In this document: piece by piece, positions 1-10,388 of the stretch
Layout: every line of letters starts with the position of its first letter
Position numbering within the stretch: position 1 is the stretch's first letter
Source of the DNA: an uncultured Planctomycetota bacterium
Lineage (GTDB): Bacteria; Planctomycetota; Planctomycetia; Isosphaerales; Isosphaeraceae
Direction: 5' to 3'
DNA length: 64,000 nt
NCBI GenBank assembly: GCA_963823665.1
Contig: CAWGMQ010000003.1
Span: 1,504,001-1,568,000, forward strand
Notes under the pieces: model-generated
What the model saw: the letters and a program-made list of their open reading frames with translations, nothing else
Database searches by the model: none
What the model was told of the DNA's origin: nothing
Made by a program: the position numbers and the translations under genes

Positions 1-93
1 CACGAATTCGATCCATTAAGTGGACACCGGGCCTTTCAGCTCCTGATGATGGATCTGAACTTTCCGGCGTACGCGTTTACTCCTCCGGAATGA
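1..93 (+). CDS. 3' end of an unidentified gene running in from the left edge
   Basis: Frame 1 is open (HEFDPLSGHRAFQLLMMDLNFPAYAFTPPE) up to TGA at 91-93; too short to identify. Confidence 0.3.
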   Translation, partial: HEFDPLSGHRAFQLLMMDLNFPAYAFTPPE

Positions 94-195
94 GTCTCTC
101 AACATTCGCCCGGCATTGATCGCGGGCCTTCGCCACGCTACAGTTGGCTGCAACTGGCGCTAACCTGGACCGTGGCGTTGAAAGGATCTTCACTC

Positions 196-630
196 ATGAG
201 CCAATCGTCCGAATCGAAGCCCGCTAGAGCGCCTGTCGATCCGAACCGTCCTTCCACTGCCGCGTTCGTAACCGGGTGGTTGCTTACAATCCTGCCGGCG
301 GCGGCACTGATCTTCAGCGGAGTGATGAAGTTGATCCAGCCTGGGCCGCCCGAAGAAGTTGCCAAATATCTGGATCCGATCGGCTGGAAGCTCGAGCAAA
401 TGGTCGGCCTGGGAATCCTCGAGTTGACCTGCGTGATCATTTACTTGATTCCGCAGACCTCCGTGCTCGGTGCAATTTTGGTAACGGGTTACATCGGCGG
501 CATAATTGCCACGCACGTTCGCGTCGGTGACTTCGGCATTGTCCCATTCATAATTATCGGCGTTCTCATCTGGCTCGGGCTCTTCCTCCGCTACCCGAAG
601 CTGCGACGGATGATTCCGTTCAACTTTTGA
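196..630 (+). CDS. DoxX-family membrane protein
   Basis: Four hydrophobic segments; motifs SGVMKL, LYLIP-TSVLGAILVTGYIGG-IATHVR and C-terminal WLGLFLR are typical of DoxX-like proteins. Confidence 0.8.
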   Translation: MSQSSESKPARAPVDPNRPSTAAFVTGWLLTILPAAALIFSGVMKLIQPGPPEEVAKYLDPIGWKLEQMVGLGILELTCVIIYLIPQTSVLGAILVTGYIGGIIATHVRVGDFGIVPFIIIGVLIWLGLFLRYPKLRRMIPFNF

Positions 631-1473
631 ACCGATGCGCGAGCCGGAACGCAACCCCAGCAACGAGGTATGTCCGATCGTGCAGCCGCCATCGCCAAGG
701 CATGAGCGGGGCCGCGGCCGCGATGAGCGGCCGGATAGTCGGGTCGCGCGCAGGGTCGCGAGTAACTGCCGAGGATGCACTCCGCGGAAATGGTTGCCTT
801 TACGCCCCAGTTCCGCCAAAAGCCCGGCGAGTTCCTCGTTCGCCCGGCCGGGCAACTCCGCGAGAATCTCGGACGAGGTGACCTCGGCGACGAGCACGGC
901 CTCGCCACCGGGAGCGGCCAGGCGGGCCATCAGCCGTAGGTGCCCGGCCAGCAACGCAGCCCTGGCGTCGGCGAGCTGGCGGTGGTCCTTGCCGAGCGAG
1001 TACGCGGCCGTCTCAAGGATCTGGCTTAACATGCAGGTCGACGCCACCCGATCGAACCCGCCGGGCAAGACCACCGCGGTTCGTGACGCGGGCCAAGCGG
1101 CCATCGCGTCGAAGTCCGCGGGCTCCAGCTCGGAGTTCGGTGTCCGGTTCGACAGGATGCCGAGCGTCGCCGTGACGTCCACGCCGCCGTGCAGCCGCAA
1201 TCGCGGGTGGCTCGCAACTCCCTGCCGCTGCACACCGCGGGAGAGCGCCTCGGAGTCGATATCCACCAAGTGCACGTCGCGATGGACGGACAGCAAAGCA
1301 GTCAGGTCCAGATCGTTCGCGTTGCCGGCCCCCAGGACGCAGAGGCGCGATCGCCGCGCCGTCGCCTCGCGGGCGAGCGCGGCCGTGAGGCATCGCCGAT
1401 GCTCGACAAACAACTCCCACTGGTCCCGGCTAGTCGCGTTCATGGCGACCTGACGCCGGCCGAGTCGATCCAT
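620..1473 (-). CDS. SAM-dependent methyltransferase-like hypothetical protein (one frameshift near 748)
   Basis: Glycine-rich motif VLGAGNANDLDL followed by VHLVDID; a shifted frame continues DPTIRPLIAAAAPLMPWRWRLHDRTYLV to a stop at 620-622. Confidence 0.6.
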
Positions 1474-1806
1474 GTTTCCGGAACTCCCGTCGGAGGCGAC
1501 TCAATCGGCACACCTCGTTGGTAGTCAGCCAGCGCTGCTCCGGTCAAGACTCCAAGGTGGATAAAGCCATTGGTCGCCATGAGCTTACGCCCTCCCATGA
1601 ACTCCACACGGGCGACCATTCGGTTCTGGGCTCGATTACGAATCATGGGAAAAGCCTCACGACTCTTTCGAGGGATTTGACACCTTCGTACCAGCCAGTC
1701 CTGGGTCACTGCTCGACGCTTCGAATGGAGATACGAATAAGCCTGGATTGCATGGCATCGGTTCAGGGATGGCCGTCCACGCGACGTCTACCGCTAACCA
1801 ACACGC

Positions 1807-2690
1807 TCAGGGACGCCCCGGGGCCGGGGCCGCACCGGGGGGCACTTTGACCTCGATCCGGGCGTAGGAGATTGCCGAGCGGTCGTCATCCTCCGCCGCT
1901 TGTTCCAGCAGGAAGCCCACGTCGGGCTTCACCCGAGCGTGAAAGCTAAGGGCGCCGTTGGTGACGACCTGGAGCGGCTGGTCGAGGTCGAACATCCCAC
2001 GGCGAATCAACAGGGTGTAGCGGGCAACCGCGCGGGCCGTGACCTCGATGCGGTTGCCCTCGGCTTTGACCTCGAGCCGGCCGGCGAGCCCCCTCCGCTT
2101 GAAGATCGGCACACGGGGCAGTTCCGGAACTTCGACGCGAAACGATTGGATCGCGTCGCCGCGACGGTACTCGCCGTCGAGCGTGTCGCCCTTCTTCATG
2201 GCAAAGATCTGGGTGAGGCCAACCTTCTGGAAATCGGCCACCGTTTTGATCTCGACGCCGTGGAGACGGGTCACGACATCGCCCGGCTTCAGGCCGGCGG
2301 TCTGCGACAACGTTCCCGGCGGGAGTAGTTGGACACGGAGCCCCGGGCCACCGAAGGCCATGTCGGGGCCGACCGCAAACTGGGCTGGCCCGGTCAAGAT
2401 CAGCACGGCCGAGCCGTGCCATCCGTGCCGGTGTGCGTGAACACCTGCCATCCCTTCTTCGTGTCGGCCGGATAGCTCCGTCCCTGGCGGAGCGCCCGTT
2501 CTACGTCCATCGGGTCGGGAGCCGCAGCGAGGATGGCCGCGATGGCCGTCTGACGGGCGGCGCGATCGGCGGCCTCGAAGAATGCCTTGAACCGGGGATC
2601 GGGTTCAGCGGCCAGGCCTCGCCCGGGGGCCAGGAGCGACATCAAAATGAACAGGGCCGCGGCGCACGGCGTGCCGATTGAACATCTCAT
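1807..2690 (-). pseudogene. Secreted PDZ-domain protein, split near 2405 (possibly internally deleted)
   Basis: Signal-peptide-like N-terminus in ORF 2400..2774; PDZ motif AGLKPGDVVTRLHG in ORF 1807..2451; the two parts are in different frames. Confidence 0.5.
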
Positions 2691-3101
2691 CACCGGGAGA
2701 ATCCCTGTATCACAGGTGTCGAGGTCGAGCCGGTCGGGGCACAAGAAGCATGATTGGCGCAAGATTTCACTCACGCAGGCTGCCCACAGCGCCGGATCCC
2801 ATCGCCAGGCCGAGTCGGCGCCAGGTCGCTATTTCATCCGAGCTCGCCCGGCAATTCAAGACCCGGATGGGCTTACTCGGAAGAGCGGCGTCTGCACCGA
2901 TCGCGATCAAGTCCTGGCATTCCGCGCCCTCTTTCTGCAAGCGCAAGTTGCCGCGCCGCTCATGTCCGCAGCCCCCACGATCGAACCGCTGGGAACGCGA
3001 CATCCGGCGTTAGCTCTCGATCAGAAGCGATTCGCAGTCCGGCTTTGCTCGTGCCGAAGAATCAATTAGAATGGGCGCAAAGCACGCGCAGGAGGAAACT
3101 C

Positions 3102-3518
3102 ATGGCAACCGTACAGGGTGACGGCGACGGTAAAACCATAGCGCTGCATCAGGAGCCAATTGCACCGGACGCACAACCTGGCGCAGCCCTTGCGTCTTCA
3201 CTCGATCCGCCCCCGGCATGGCTCGAGCGATTCGCGGTGGATGCGTCGGTCATGCCTGGCAAATTCGTCATCAAGGGAACGCGACTTCTGGTTGACGACT
3301 TGGTGCAACTTGCGGTGGGCCGGACGGACGATGGGCTGCGGCAGCTTCATCCGGAACTGACCAACGCGGACCTCGAATCCGTCCGCAATTATGCTCTTGT
3401 GCCCGAGGGGTTGAGGCGGTCCTTCGGCGGTTGGATTGAAGATGCCGAGGCGCTCGACAACTATCTCGAATGGACGCGGCGGCAGCGGAAGGTCCTGCGT
3501 CGGGAGCTCGAGGATTGA
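3102..3518 (+). CDS. DUF433-family antitoxin
   Basis: SD AGGAGG upstream; motif VMPGKFVIKGTRLLV...HPELTNADL; stop overlaps the start of a PIN gene. Confidence 0.75.
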   Translation: MATVQGDGDGKTIALHQEPIAPDAQPGAALASSLDPPPAWLERFAVDASVMPGKFVIKGTRLLVDDLVQLAVGRTDDGLRQLHPELTNADLESVRNYALVPEGLRRSFGGWIEDAEALDNYLEWTRRQRKVLRRELED

Positions 3519-3634
3519 GCTTTCTGCTGGACACCGATATCTGCTCGGCCCGGATGAAGGGTAATTCTCGCGTCCATGCCCGGTTTATCCAGTATGGCGG
3601 TCGATTACACGTGTCGGCCGCGACGCTAGGCTAG
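3515..3634 (+). pseudogene. vapC: Truncated VapC/PIN toxin (first 39 aa only)
   Basis: TTG start overlaps the antitoxin stop; MSFLLDTDICSARMKG...RLHVSAATLG* carries the PIN LLDT motif and ends where the convergent hydrolase gene ends. Not in the ORF track. Confidence 0.75.
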
Positions 3635-5694
3635 CGCTTGGATCTGCCGTTTCCCTTCGCCGCCGTATTGCCGTCCAGCGTGAGAACACGTTCGTCAAAT
3701 CCCGGGCCGCTCCAGTAGACGTGGTTGCTCGCTGGGCCGTCGCGGTGGACGTATTCGATCGTGATCCGGTATGCCCGGCCACCCGCAAGCTCGATCTTCC
3801 GCTGCACGTTGCCACGGCGATGGTCACCCTTATCGAGCACCAGCGTCTCGTCGAGCCAGAGCCGCAGGGTGCCATCGCAGTCGCCGCGCAGCGTGTGCAT
3901 TCCCGAGCGAGGTGCGACCAGGCGTCCCGTCCAGCGGATCGCAAAACCGTCCTTGCCGATCCCGGCAGAGGCATCCGGCGAGCCGGTACCGGGCTCATCC
4001 CTCAGGTCGAAATCGATGTGTGGCACGAGGGAGGTCTTCTTCCTTGCCTTGAACTGGCCCTCAAAGTACTCGGCCCGGAATACCTTGGCCTCCAGCGCGG
4101 CGAAGGCAGAATCGCCCAGCAGGGCCTTGACCTCGCCGATGTCCCACGGGTGCCCGTCGGGGTAGACGACACCGTGGAACGGCTGCGCCGGCTCGTCGGA
4201 GCCATCTGGATGGCCCCAGGGAAAGCGGCAGTTGTCGCGCCCGATCATCAGCTCCCATACGACGAATCCGTTCCCCTTCCCCGCCAGGTCGCGCAAGCAA
4301 TCCACGACCCCCTTGGCGGGCCGGTTCAGCGTCTCGGTGCAGAGGTGCTCAGGGCCACCGTCCGCGTTCGGCAGAGGCTGCCCTGCCTCGCCGTACGAGT
4401 GGTATGTGTAGAAGTCGGAATACTTGGGTCCGTAGAAGCCACCTCCGGTGGCCGTGACCGGGATACGCGTGCCGGTCCCCTTGACCCATTCGCGCGTCCA
4501 TGTGAGAAGTCGATTCAGGTTGGCATCGCCCACCCCGTCCCGGTATTTCTCTTTCGGGCCCATGCCCTCGTTGTAAAGCTGCCAGAATGCGATTCGCTCG
4601 TCGTCCTTGAACCGGCCGGTGACACCCTCGACATAGGCCCGGAACCGGCCCTCGTGGGCGAGAATCGCGGCCTCGCTGTCCCTGGTCCGATGCGACGGGT
4701 TCGGCATCATCTGCGAATTGTGACGTCCCGGCACGGGCTCGGCGAACGCGAGGCTCGGCTCGACATGGCCGCAGTCGTCCCAGAGGACAAAGTTCACCTT
4801 CAGGCCGGCCTTGGATGCCCGCGCCAGGAAGTCGTCGATCCTCTTGAGATAGTCCTCGCCATGGCGCTCCCAAACGATCCAGTGCAGGTACGCCTGCACC
4901 ATGTTGAATCCATAGAGGGACGCGCAGGCGAGCTCGCGGTCGATGACGTCGGTGTGGCCCCAGTAGTCGTGCCACATCTGCACCGAGTTGACCGCGTCGG
5001 AACGCACGTAAACCGCCCCTCGCACCCACGACCAGTCGGTACGGAGTGGGGGCGTCGGCTCGGAGCTCGTGGAGGTGATCTCAACGTTGTCGTAGAGGCC
5101 CGAACCGCGATGGTCCTTCCACAATCCGACCGCCCCAACCCGGTCGTACCGGTCGTCAAACTCCTTCAGAATCGGCGTTGCCATGTCCCCGTAATAGGCC
5201 CAGATCGCCGGTCCGCGGCAGACCACCCTGAGGCGACGCAGAACGCCCGACCGGCACCCCGTGACTTTGGATTCCTGCAGGAGTTTCCAACCGTTCCGGT
5301 CCAGCCGCCAGAGCTGGATGACCGGCCTCTCCCACGGGCCGCACACGGGATCTTGCCCCTTTTCGATCTCCCTGAGACCGACGGCATATCCGGTCGAATC
5401 CTCTCCCAGGCGGAACGCGATGCCCGCGGCGGCGTGGGCCTCGTCGTGGGAGTATCCGACGTCCGCCGTGACGTCGACGTCACGAAGAGCGTCGCCCCTC
5501 TGAACGAGCATCGAGAAACCGCCCTCCGCGACGGCCCGCCCATCCTGAACGCGCCAGGTCCCCTCCTTGATGCGCCACCGATGCAGGTTGCCGTCGCTGA
5601 AAGCGTCCCGGAAAGCATCCGCAGCCTGAGCGGAGTTCTCGAATACGAACAGTGCCAGCGCTCCCAGAACCAATGTTGATGAGAGTTGCGGCAT
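3631..5694 (-). CDS. Secreted modular glycoside hydrolase: DUF1080/concanavalin-like domain + clan GH-A (GH5-like) barrel + PA14 domain
   Basis: Signal peptide; acid/base motif WQLYNE and candidate nucleophile CTET; PA14 motif FAIRWTGRLVAPRSG. Confidence 0.75.
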   Translation of the reverse strand: MPQLSSTLVLGALALFVFENSAQAADAFRDAFSDGNLHRWRIKEGTWRVQDGRAVAEGGFSMLVQRGDALRDVDVTADVGYSHDEAHAAAGIAFRLGEDSTGYAVGLREIEKGQDPVCGPWERPVIQLWRLDRNGWKLLQESKVTGCRSGVLRRLRVVCRGPAIWAYYGDMATPILKEFDDRYDRVGAVGLWKDHRGSGLYDNVEITSTSSEPTPPLRTDWSWVRGAVYVRSDAVNSVQMWHDYWGHTDVIDRELACASLYGFNMVQAYLHWIVWERHGEDYLKRIDDFLARASKAGLKVNFVLWDDCGHVEPSLAFAEPVPGRHNSQMMPNPSHRTRDSEAAILAHEGRFRAYVEGVTGRFKDDERIAFWQLYNEGMGPKEKYRDGVGDANLNRLLTWTREWVKGTGTRIPVTATGGGFYGPKYSDFYTYHSYGEAGQPLPNADGGPEHLCTETLNRPAKGVVDCLRDLAGKGNGFVVWELMIGRDNCRFPWGHPDGSDEPAQPFHGVVYPDGHPWDIGEVKALLGDSAFAALEAKVFRAEYFEGQFKARKKTSLVPHIDFDLRDEPGTGSPDASAGIGKDGFAIRWTGRLVAPRSGMHTLRGDCDGTLRLWLDETLVLDKGDHRRGNVQRKIELAGGRAYRITIEYVHRDGPASNHVYWSGPGFDERVLTLDGNTAAKGNGRSKR

Positions 5695-5826
5695 GGAATT
5701 CTTGATCCTCGCCTTTCGGCCCAGCGTTCGGCGGCCGCCGATCAGACAAACGGTCGGAGAGCCCACACACCGGTTTTCTGTTCCATTTCAGGCTCAATGC
5801 TCAAAAGCCATCTGGCTCTAACCCGT

Positions 5827-6313
5827 TTAGAGGTACTCAACTCGATTTACCATCTCGTCGGGTTCATAAATCTCCCAGAGAAGGACTAAGCCGGATACGA
5901 TTTCCCCTATGCTTCGTGTATCCTTCTCGCAGTACGCAATCCCTGCGTGCGGTATACGAGCGGCATTTATGGGCAGAAAATCCCGGTCTTGGGTGAAAAT
6001 GACCCGGTTTTCAAACACGGCAAACGCCGCGTGATCCTCGTCCTGGGCACCTAAGGAACGGGCCGGAACCAAATTCCGTCGATTTACGTGAAGTGCGCCG
6101 CGGAGCGGCACAAAGACCGTTCCGACGCAGAGCGTCGGAACGAGGGCTTTCCGTCGTGGTAGGATTGAGACCGAAATCGGGAAGTTATTTCCGGCCTGTT
6201 CCTAAGAGCCTTGCTTCCGGCGTGGTTGTGACGTCGATGCCGTATCGCCTGAGTCCCAAAGCGATGGCCTTTGAGCAATTCTCATCCAGGTGGAAGCGTA
6301 TCGTCCGTGCCAT
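5827..6313 (-). pseudogene. DUF5615/PIN-like toxin interrupted by a MITE
   Basis: N-part MARTIRFHLDEN...EARLL (37 codons) and C-part GAQDEDH...NRVIFTQDRDFL rejoin in frame to 111 aa when 6055-6202 plus one TAA is removed. Confidence 0.85.
6055..6202. mobile_element. 148-bp MITE with 23-bp imperfect terminal inverted repeats and a TAA target-site duplication
   Basis: Left end GGAACGGGCCGGAACCAAATTCC versus reverse-complemented right end GGAACAGGCCGGAAATAACTTCC (19/23); TAA at 6052-6054 and 6203-6205; internal hairpin CGTTCCGACGC-AGA-GCGTCGGAACG. Confidence 0.88.
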
Positions 6314-6671
6314 AAGCGTTGCGTGCCTTGAGAGCGTCCTTAAGCCGCGACGGCTGCTTTTCTCGCTGCTCCTCGTACCATTCCCGGTCGGCCACAATCT
6401 CCGCGTTTATTGCTTCGCGGTGGTCGTGGTAGTAGGTCAGAGCTGCGTAGATGTCGGCAAGCGTAAGGTGTGGGTGCTCTGAGACAATCGCCTCAGGTGT
6501 CATCCCTTGCCGCTCGTGCATTATGGCTACGTGTTTGACTTGAATACGGCTTCCGGCGATGCGTGGCTTGCCGCCACACGTATCAGGCGTTGAGACGATG
6601 TGTTCGCGAAGAACAGGGATTGTTTCCGTTGTCGTCGGAGAACGCAATGTCTCGGCAGAAGTTGGGTCCAT
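6282..6671 (-). CDS. DUF433-family antitoxin
   Basis: Canonical motif HIVSTPDTCGGKPRIAGSRI...HPHLTLADIYAALTYY; lies upstream of the DUF5615 gene. Confidence 0.9.
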   Translation of the reverse strand: MDPTSAETLRSPTTTETIPVLREHIVSTPDTCGGKPRIAGSRIQVKHVAIMHERQGMTPEAIVSEHPHLTLADIYAALTYYHDHREAINAEIVADREWYEEQREKQPSRLKDALKARNAYGTDDTLPPG

Positions 6672-7321
6672 GCAGGTATCGTATCACAAAAGCGGAAACT
6701 TGGGCACTCTTTCGATGAAGCACCACTACGATGATGTGGTCCCGGCTTTCTGGCGAGCTTCGCGCGCATCGTGCCCGGCGAGCGGCGGAGAATGGCTCAG
6801 AGCGAGACGAGCGTGTTCTACACCTGGCACCGGGGCCCGTGCAATGACTCGATGCGCGTAATGACCGATGGCTCCGACGCGATCGGCAACCCGTGGCGCG
6901 AGCTGCAGCTCGTGTACTGGCACCCGGGTCGCAAGCAGGTCTGCCTGCTGCGATTGAGCCCTTTTGCTAGAGGTAGCAAGACTCGGAAGGCATCCTCGAT
7001 TACCTCAAGAAAAACAACCGTCATGACCGTTCTCTTCATTACAAGCGGTTCATCTTGCCGAAATAGACAATGCGCATTCTCAAAGTCTGGCTGAAGATGT
7101 AAAAATGGGGGGAACCGGCTGTCGGCGCGCAATGGGAACCCGCCCGACAATTGCCTGTTTGAGGAGCGATCGGTTCCAATGCGGAGTTCGGGGCGCGTTA
7201 CAAGGTCATCTCGACCGTGCCGCATAGGTGGTGGTCGCAGTCTCCTACAGGTTTCCAGGACGGGCCGGTCGAGCTCAACGGAGGATTCCGGTTCGAATTT
7301 GCGTGACGAAAGGCCGTTCAT

Positions 7322-8704
7322 ATGGCCGGAGGAGCGAGCGACCCGTTGCCACCGGCCGAGCCCGGGCCAGCTCCGCTCGCGAGTGAGGCCCGGCCACGGT
7401 CGTCTGCGCCTTCGCGCCGGCGCCGCGCACTTCGGCTGGCGGCTTCGCTGGTGCTCCTGCTGAGCACGGCGGGCGTCGTGATCGGCTGGTGGATCTGGAA
7501 CCACTTGCACGTGCGTACGACGAACGCGTATGTCGTCGGGAACATCACGCCCGTTTCTTCTGAAATCGGCGGCCAGGTTGTTGCGTTGTACGCGGACGAC
7601 AACATGATCGTCGCCGCGGGAGCCCCGCTGGCGCAGCTCGATCCGGTCCCGTTCCAGCTCGAGGTCGATCGGCTCCTGGCGGACCTGAAGAACGCACAGG
7701 CCGAAGTCCGCGCAGCGGCCGTAAACGTGCAACTGGTTCGCCAGGACCGGCGCGCACTTCTCGACGGTGCCAGCGCGCGGCGGGGCGAGGCCGAGCGGGC
7801 GGCGCGGGCGGCGGAGGTCGAGGTCCAGACTCGCGGGCAGATCAATCGGAAGGAGCAGGAATTGCTCGCCTCGCAACGAGCACAAGTCCCTGGATTGGCC
7901 GCGCTCGAGGAAAATGCGCGCCTGTACTACCAGCGGTTCTCGCGGCTGGCGGCCTCGGGCGACGTGCCGGTGCAGGAGCGGGACAACCGCGCGGCAACTT
8001 ATCACGAGGCGTCGGCCAAGCTCGAGTCGCTCCGCAGCGAGATCGCCGCCAGCGAGCGCCAGGTGCTCGCTAGCGAGCTTCAGCTCGAAGAGGCCGGCGT
8101 CCGGCTCGAGCAGAGCCAGCAAGCCTTGAGCAGCACCGACGCCGCGGTGGTTCAGGCCCAGGCGGCCCAGTTGCAGCCGGATATCGCCACGGCACAACTC
8201 GAAGCGCTCAAGAGTCGCGTCAACCAGGGCGAAGCGGCGCTCCGCACCGCGCAGCTCAACCTGAGCCACTGCCTGATCAGGGCACCCCAAGGAGGGATCG
8301 TCAGCCGGCGGACCATCCAGCTCGGCGAGACGCTGGCGATGAAGCAGCCGTTCCTCTCCATCGTCCCGCTCGACTTCGACAACGTTTGGGTCGTGGCCAA
8401 TCTCCGCGAGGACCAGATGGACAGCATCCAGGCCGGCAACAGCGCTAGAATCAGGGTCGACGGCATCCCCGAGAAGACGTTTCAAGGTTGGGTGGAGAGC
8501 ACGTCGGCGGGCACCGGGTCTGTGTTCTCGCTCTTCCCGCCCGACAACGCAACGGGGAATTTCGTCCGGGTCGTGCAGCGCCTGCCGGTGCGAATCCGGT
8601 TCGCGGAGCTGGAGAACTACCAGAATCGAATCCGCCCGGGGATGTCGGCGACGGTGCACATTGACGACCAGACCGTCGTGCGGAAGAGCGATCGCGTCTG
8701 GTAA
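7322..8704 (+). CDS. HlyD/EmrA-family membrane fusion protein
   Basis: N-terminal TM, TTNAYV, long coiled coil, and EmrA signature GTGSVFSLFPPDNATGNFVRVVQRLPVRI. Confidence 0.93.
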   Translation: MAGGASDPLPPAEPGPAPLASEARPRSSAPSRRRRALRLAASLVLLLSTAGVVIGWWIWNHLHVRTTNAYVVGNITPVSSEIGGQVVALYADDNMIVAAGAPLAQLDPVPFQLEVDRLLADLKNAQAEVRAAAVNVQLVRQDRRALLDGASARRGEAERAARAAEVEVQTRGQINRKEQELLASQRAQVPGLAALEENARLYYQRFSRLAASGDVPVQERDNRAATYHEASAKLESLRSEIAASERQVLASELQLEEAGVRLEQSQQALSSTDAAVVQAQAAQLQPDIATAQLEALKSRVNQGEAALRTAQLNLSHCLIRAPQGGIVSRRTIQLGETLAMKQPFLSIVPLDFDNVWVVANLREDQMDSIQAGNSARIRVDGIPEKTFQGWVESTSAGTGSVFSLFPPDNATGNFVRVVQRLPVRIRFAELENYQNRIRPGMSATVHIDDQTVVRKSDRVW

Positions 8705-8726
8705 ACCCGGAAAGGAGGAGGCAGTG

Positions 8727-10388
8727 GTGACCAGGGCACGGATCGCGGTAGCCGCGCTGGCCTTCCTGCTGCCAGCCGTCTTGGGCCCTTGTCTCCGCGC
8801 GGAAGACTTGCCGCCGCCCCGGCGCTGGATCGACCCGCCCCAGACCAGCACCCTCCCGCCCGCCCTGCCGGAGCAGCCCGCGCTCGAGCAAAACGGCCGG
8901 CTCTCCCTCCCTCCTGCTGCCCGCCCCGCACCGGGCCGGCCGATCCGGCTCGCCGAGTCCCTGGCCTTGAGCCTGCGGAATGTCGAGACGGTCCAGGCGA
9001 ACCTTTCGGTCCGGACCGCCACGGTGGCGCGGTTCGAGGCGCTCAAGGCGTTTATCCCACTCATGGACCTGCCCCAGCTCCAGGTTGGCGTGAGCCGGGT
9101 CACCGGCCCCGTGGGCGGCAGTCAGTCGGTCATCTTCCCCGACACAACCCTTGGCGTGCCGTTCCTGAACCAGGCCGGGCTCGTCAACGCCGAGCTCAAC
9201 CGGTTCAACATCTACCTGCCTCTCGACCCGTCTGGACACATCACCGCCCTGCCTATCGCCGAGGAGGGAATCCGCGCCAAGGAGCTTATGGAGCAATTGG
9301 TCCGCCGGGCGCAGGCCGTGCTCGCGGCCCAACGCTACTTCGAGGCCAAGCAGATTGGTTACGGCCAACGCGTCGCCGACGCCGGCGCGTACGTCGCGTG
9401 GGAGACGCTCGGGCTGGTGGAGCGAAAGCTCCGCGAAAAACAGGCGCACGACGTCGAGCTCAGCCAGGCCAGGGTCGACGTGGGGCGAGCCCGCGTTCTT
9501 GTGGCCGATCTGGGCAAGGCCGAGCGGAACGCGGAACGCCGGCTCGGCGTTGCGGTTCACCAGTGCCGGCTGCTGGTGCCCCAGGATCTCGGACCCCTTC
9601 CCATCGAGCCGGAATCTGTCTTCGCATTCGACCTTGCCGAGCCGGACCTGATCGACCTGAGCCTGGTGCCCGACTTCCCGCGCTGCCGCGAGGACGCCGT
9701 GCAACTGGCGAAGCGGCAACGGATCGAGGTGCGGCTGATGATCGTCGGGCTGCGGATCGCCCGCCTCCAGCAGACTCGGGACAAGACCCGGTTGCTCGGC
9801 TTGGGAACGCTTCCGCTGGGCATGAGCTTCAAGAACACGACCACCAACAACGGCGGGATCGCGCTGGGGCTCATCTTCGGCTCGCTTTATGACTTGCCCG
9901 TCGTCGATCTTTCGCTCTGGGCCAGCATCGGGCAGGCTAAGCTGAACGTCATCCGCTCGCAGCTCGACCTCGAGAAGTCGCTGCTCGAGGTCGCCGAGGA
10001 TGCCGGTAGCTCGTGGGATCGCTGGCAGCAGGCGGTGCGCGAGTGGGACCAGCGGGAGGCCGAATACCGCCTGCGGATCGAATACCGCGATCGTCAGGCG
10101 CGGCTGTACCACGAGCAGCAGGCGATCCGGCTCGATGTGCTCGCCTCCGAGGTCGACCTGCTCCAGGGCGACGCCAACCGCTGGACCGCATGGTCCAACC
10201 TCCAGCTCGCCCGGCTCGACATCCTCCGCGCCACCGAGCTGCTGCTCGACTATATTGAAAAAGCGGGGATCGCCTCCGTGCCGGCGGTCGTCGATGCTCC
10301 TCCCAAACCGCGTCATGGACACGGGTTCCTCCACCGGATAGCCCACCTGCGCGAGCTCGATTTACGTGACGAAAAGGAAGTCCAGTGA
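8727..10388 (+). CDS. TolC-like outer-membrane efflux protein
   Basis: SD AGGAGG, signal peptide, two helical heptad-rich halves separated by beta segments; follows the HlyD gene. Confidence 0.75.
   Translation: MTRARIAVAALAFLLPAVLGPCLRAEDLPPPRRWIDPPQTSTLPPALPEQPALEQNGRLSLPPAARPAPGRPIRLAESLALSLRNVETVQANLSVRTATVARFEALKAFIPLMDLPQLQVGVSRVTGPVGGSQSVIFPDTTLGVPFLNQAGLVNAELNRFNIYLPLDPSGHITALPIAEEGIRAKELMEQLVRRAQAVLAAQRYFEAKQIGYGQRVADAGAYVAWETLGLVERKLREKQAHDVELSQARVDVGRARVLVADLGKAERNAERRLGVAVHQCRLLVPQDLGPLPIEPESVFAFDLAEPDLIDLSLVPDFPRCREDAVQLAKRQRIEVRLMIVGLRIARLQQTRDKTRLLGLGTLPLGMSFKNTTTNNGGIALGLIFGSLYDLPVVDLSLWASIGQAKLNVIRSQLDLEKSLLEVAEDAGSSWDRWQQAVREWDQREAEYRLRIEYRDRQARLYHEQQAIRLDVLASEVDLLQGDANRWTAWSNLQLARLDILRATELLLDYIEKAGIASVPAVVDAPPKPRHGHGFLHRIAHLRELDLRDEKEVQ

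Noticed and set aside
1440..1580. 46-aa ORF (MATNGFIHLG...) as a RiPP precursor for the methyltransferase-like gene
   Set aside because: It has an SD-like sequence but overlaps the likelier start at 1473, and shows no precursor features or other maturation genes.
3721..5679. Long antisense ORFs (also 6818..9103, 8451..10346, 43938..45566, 59241..60482)
   Set aside because: Shadow frames of real genes in high-GC DNA; they carry no recognisable motifs.
6730..7102. Gene fragments (…WRELQLVYWHPGRKQV…; …GILDYLKKNNRH…)
   Set aside because: They look like coding remnants but are too short and broken to identify.
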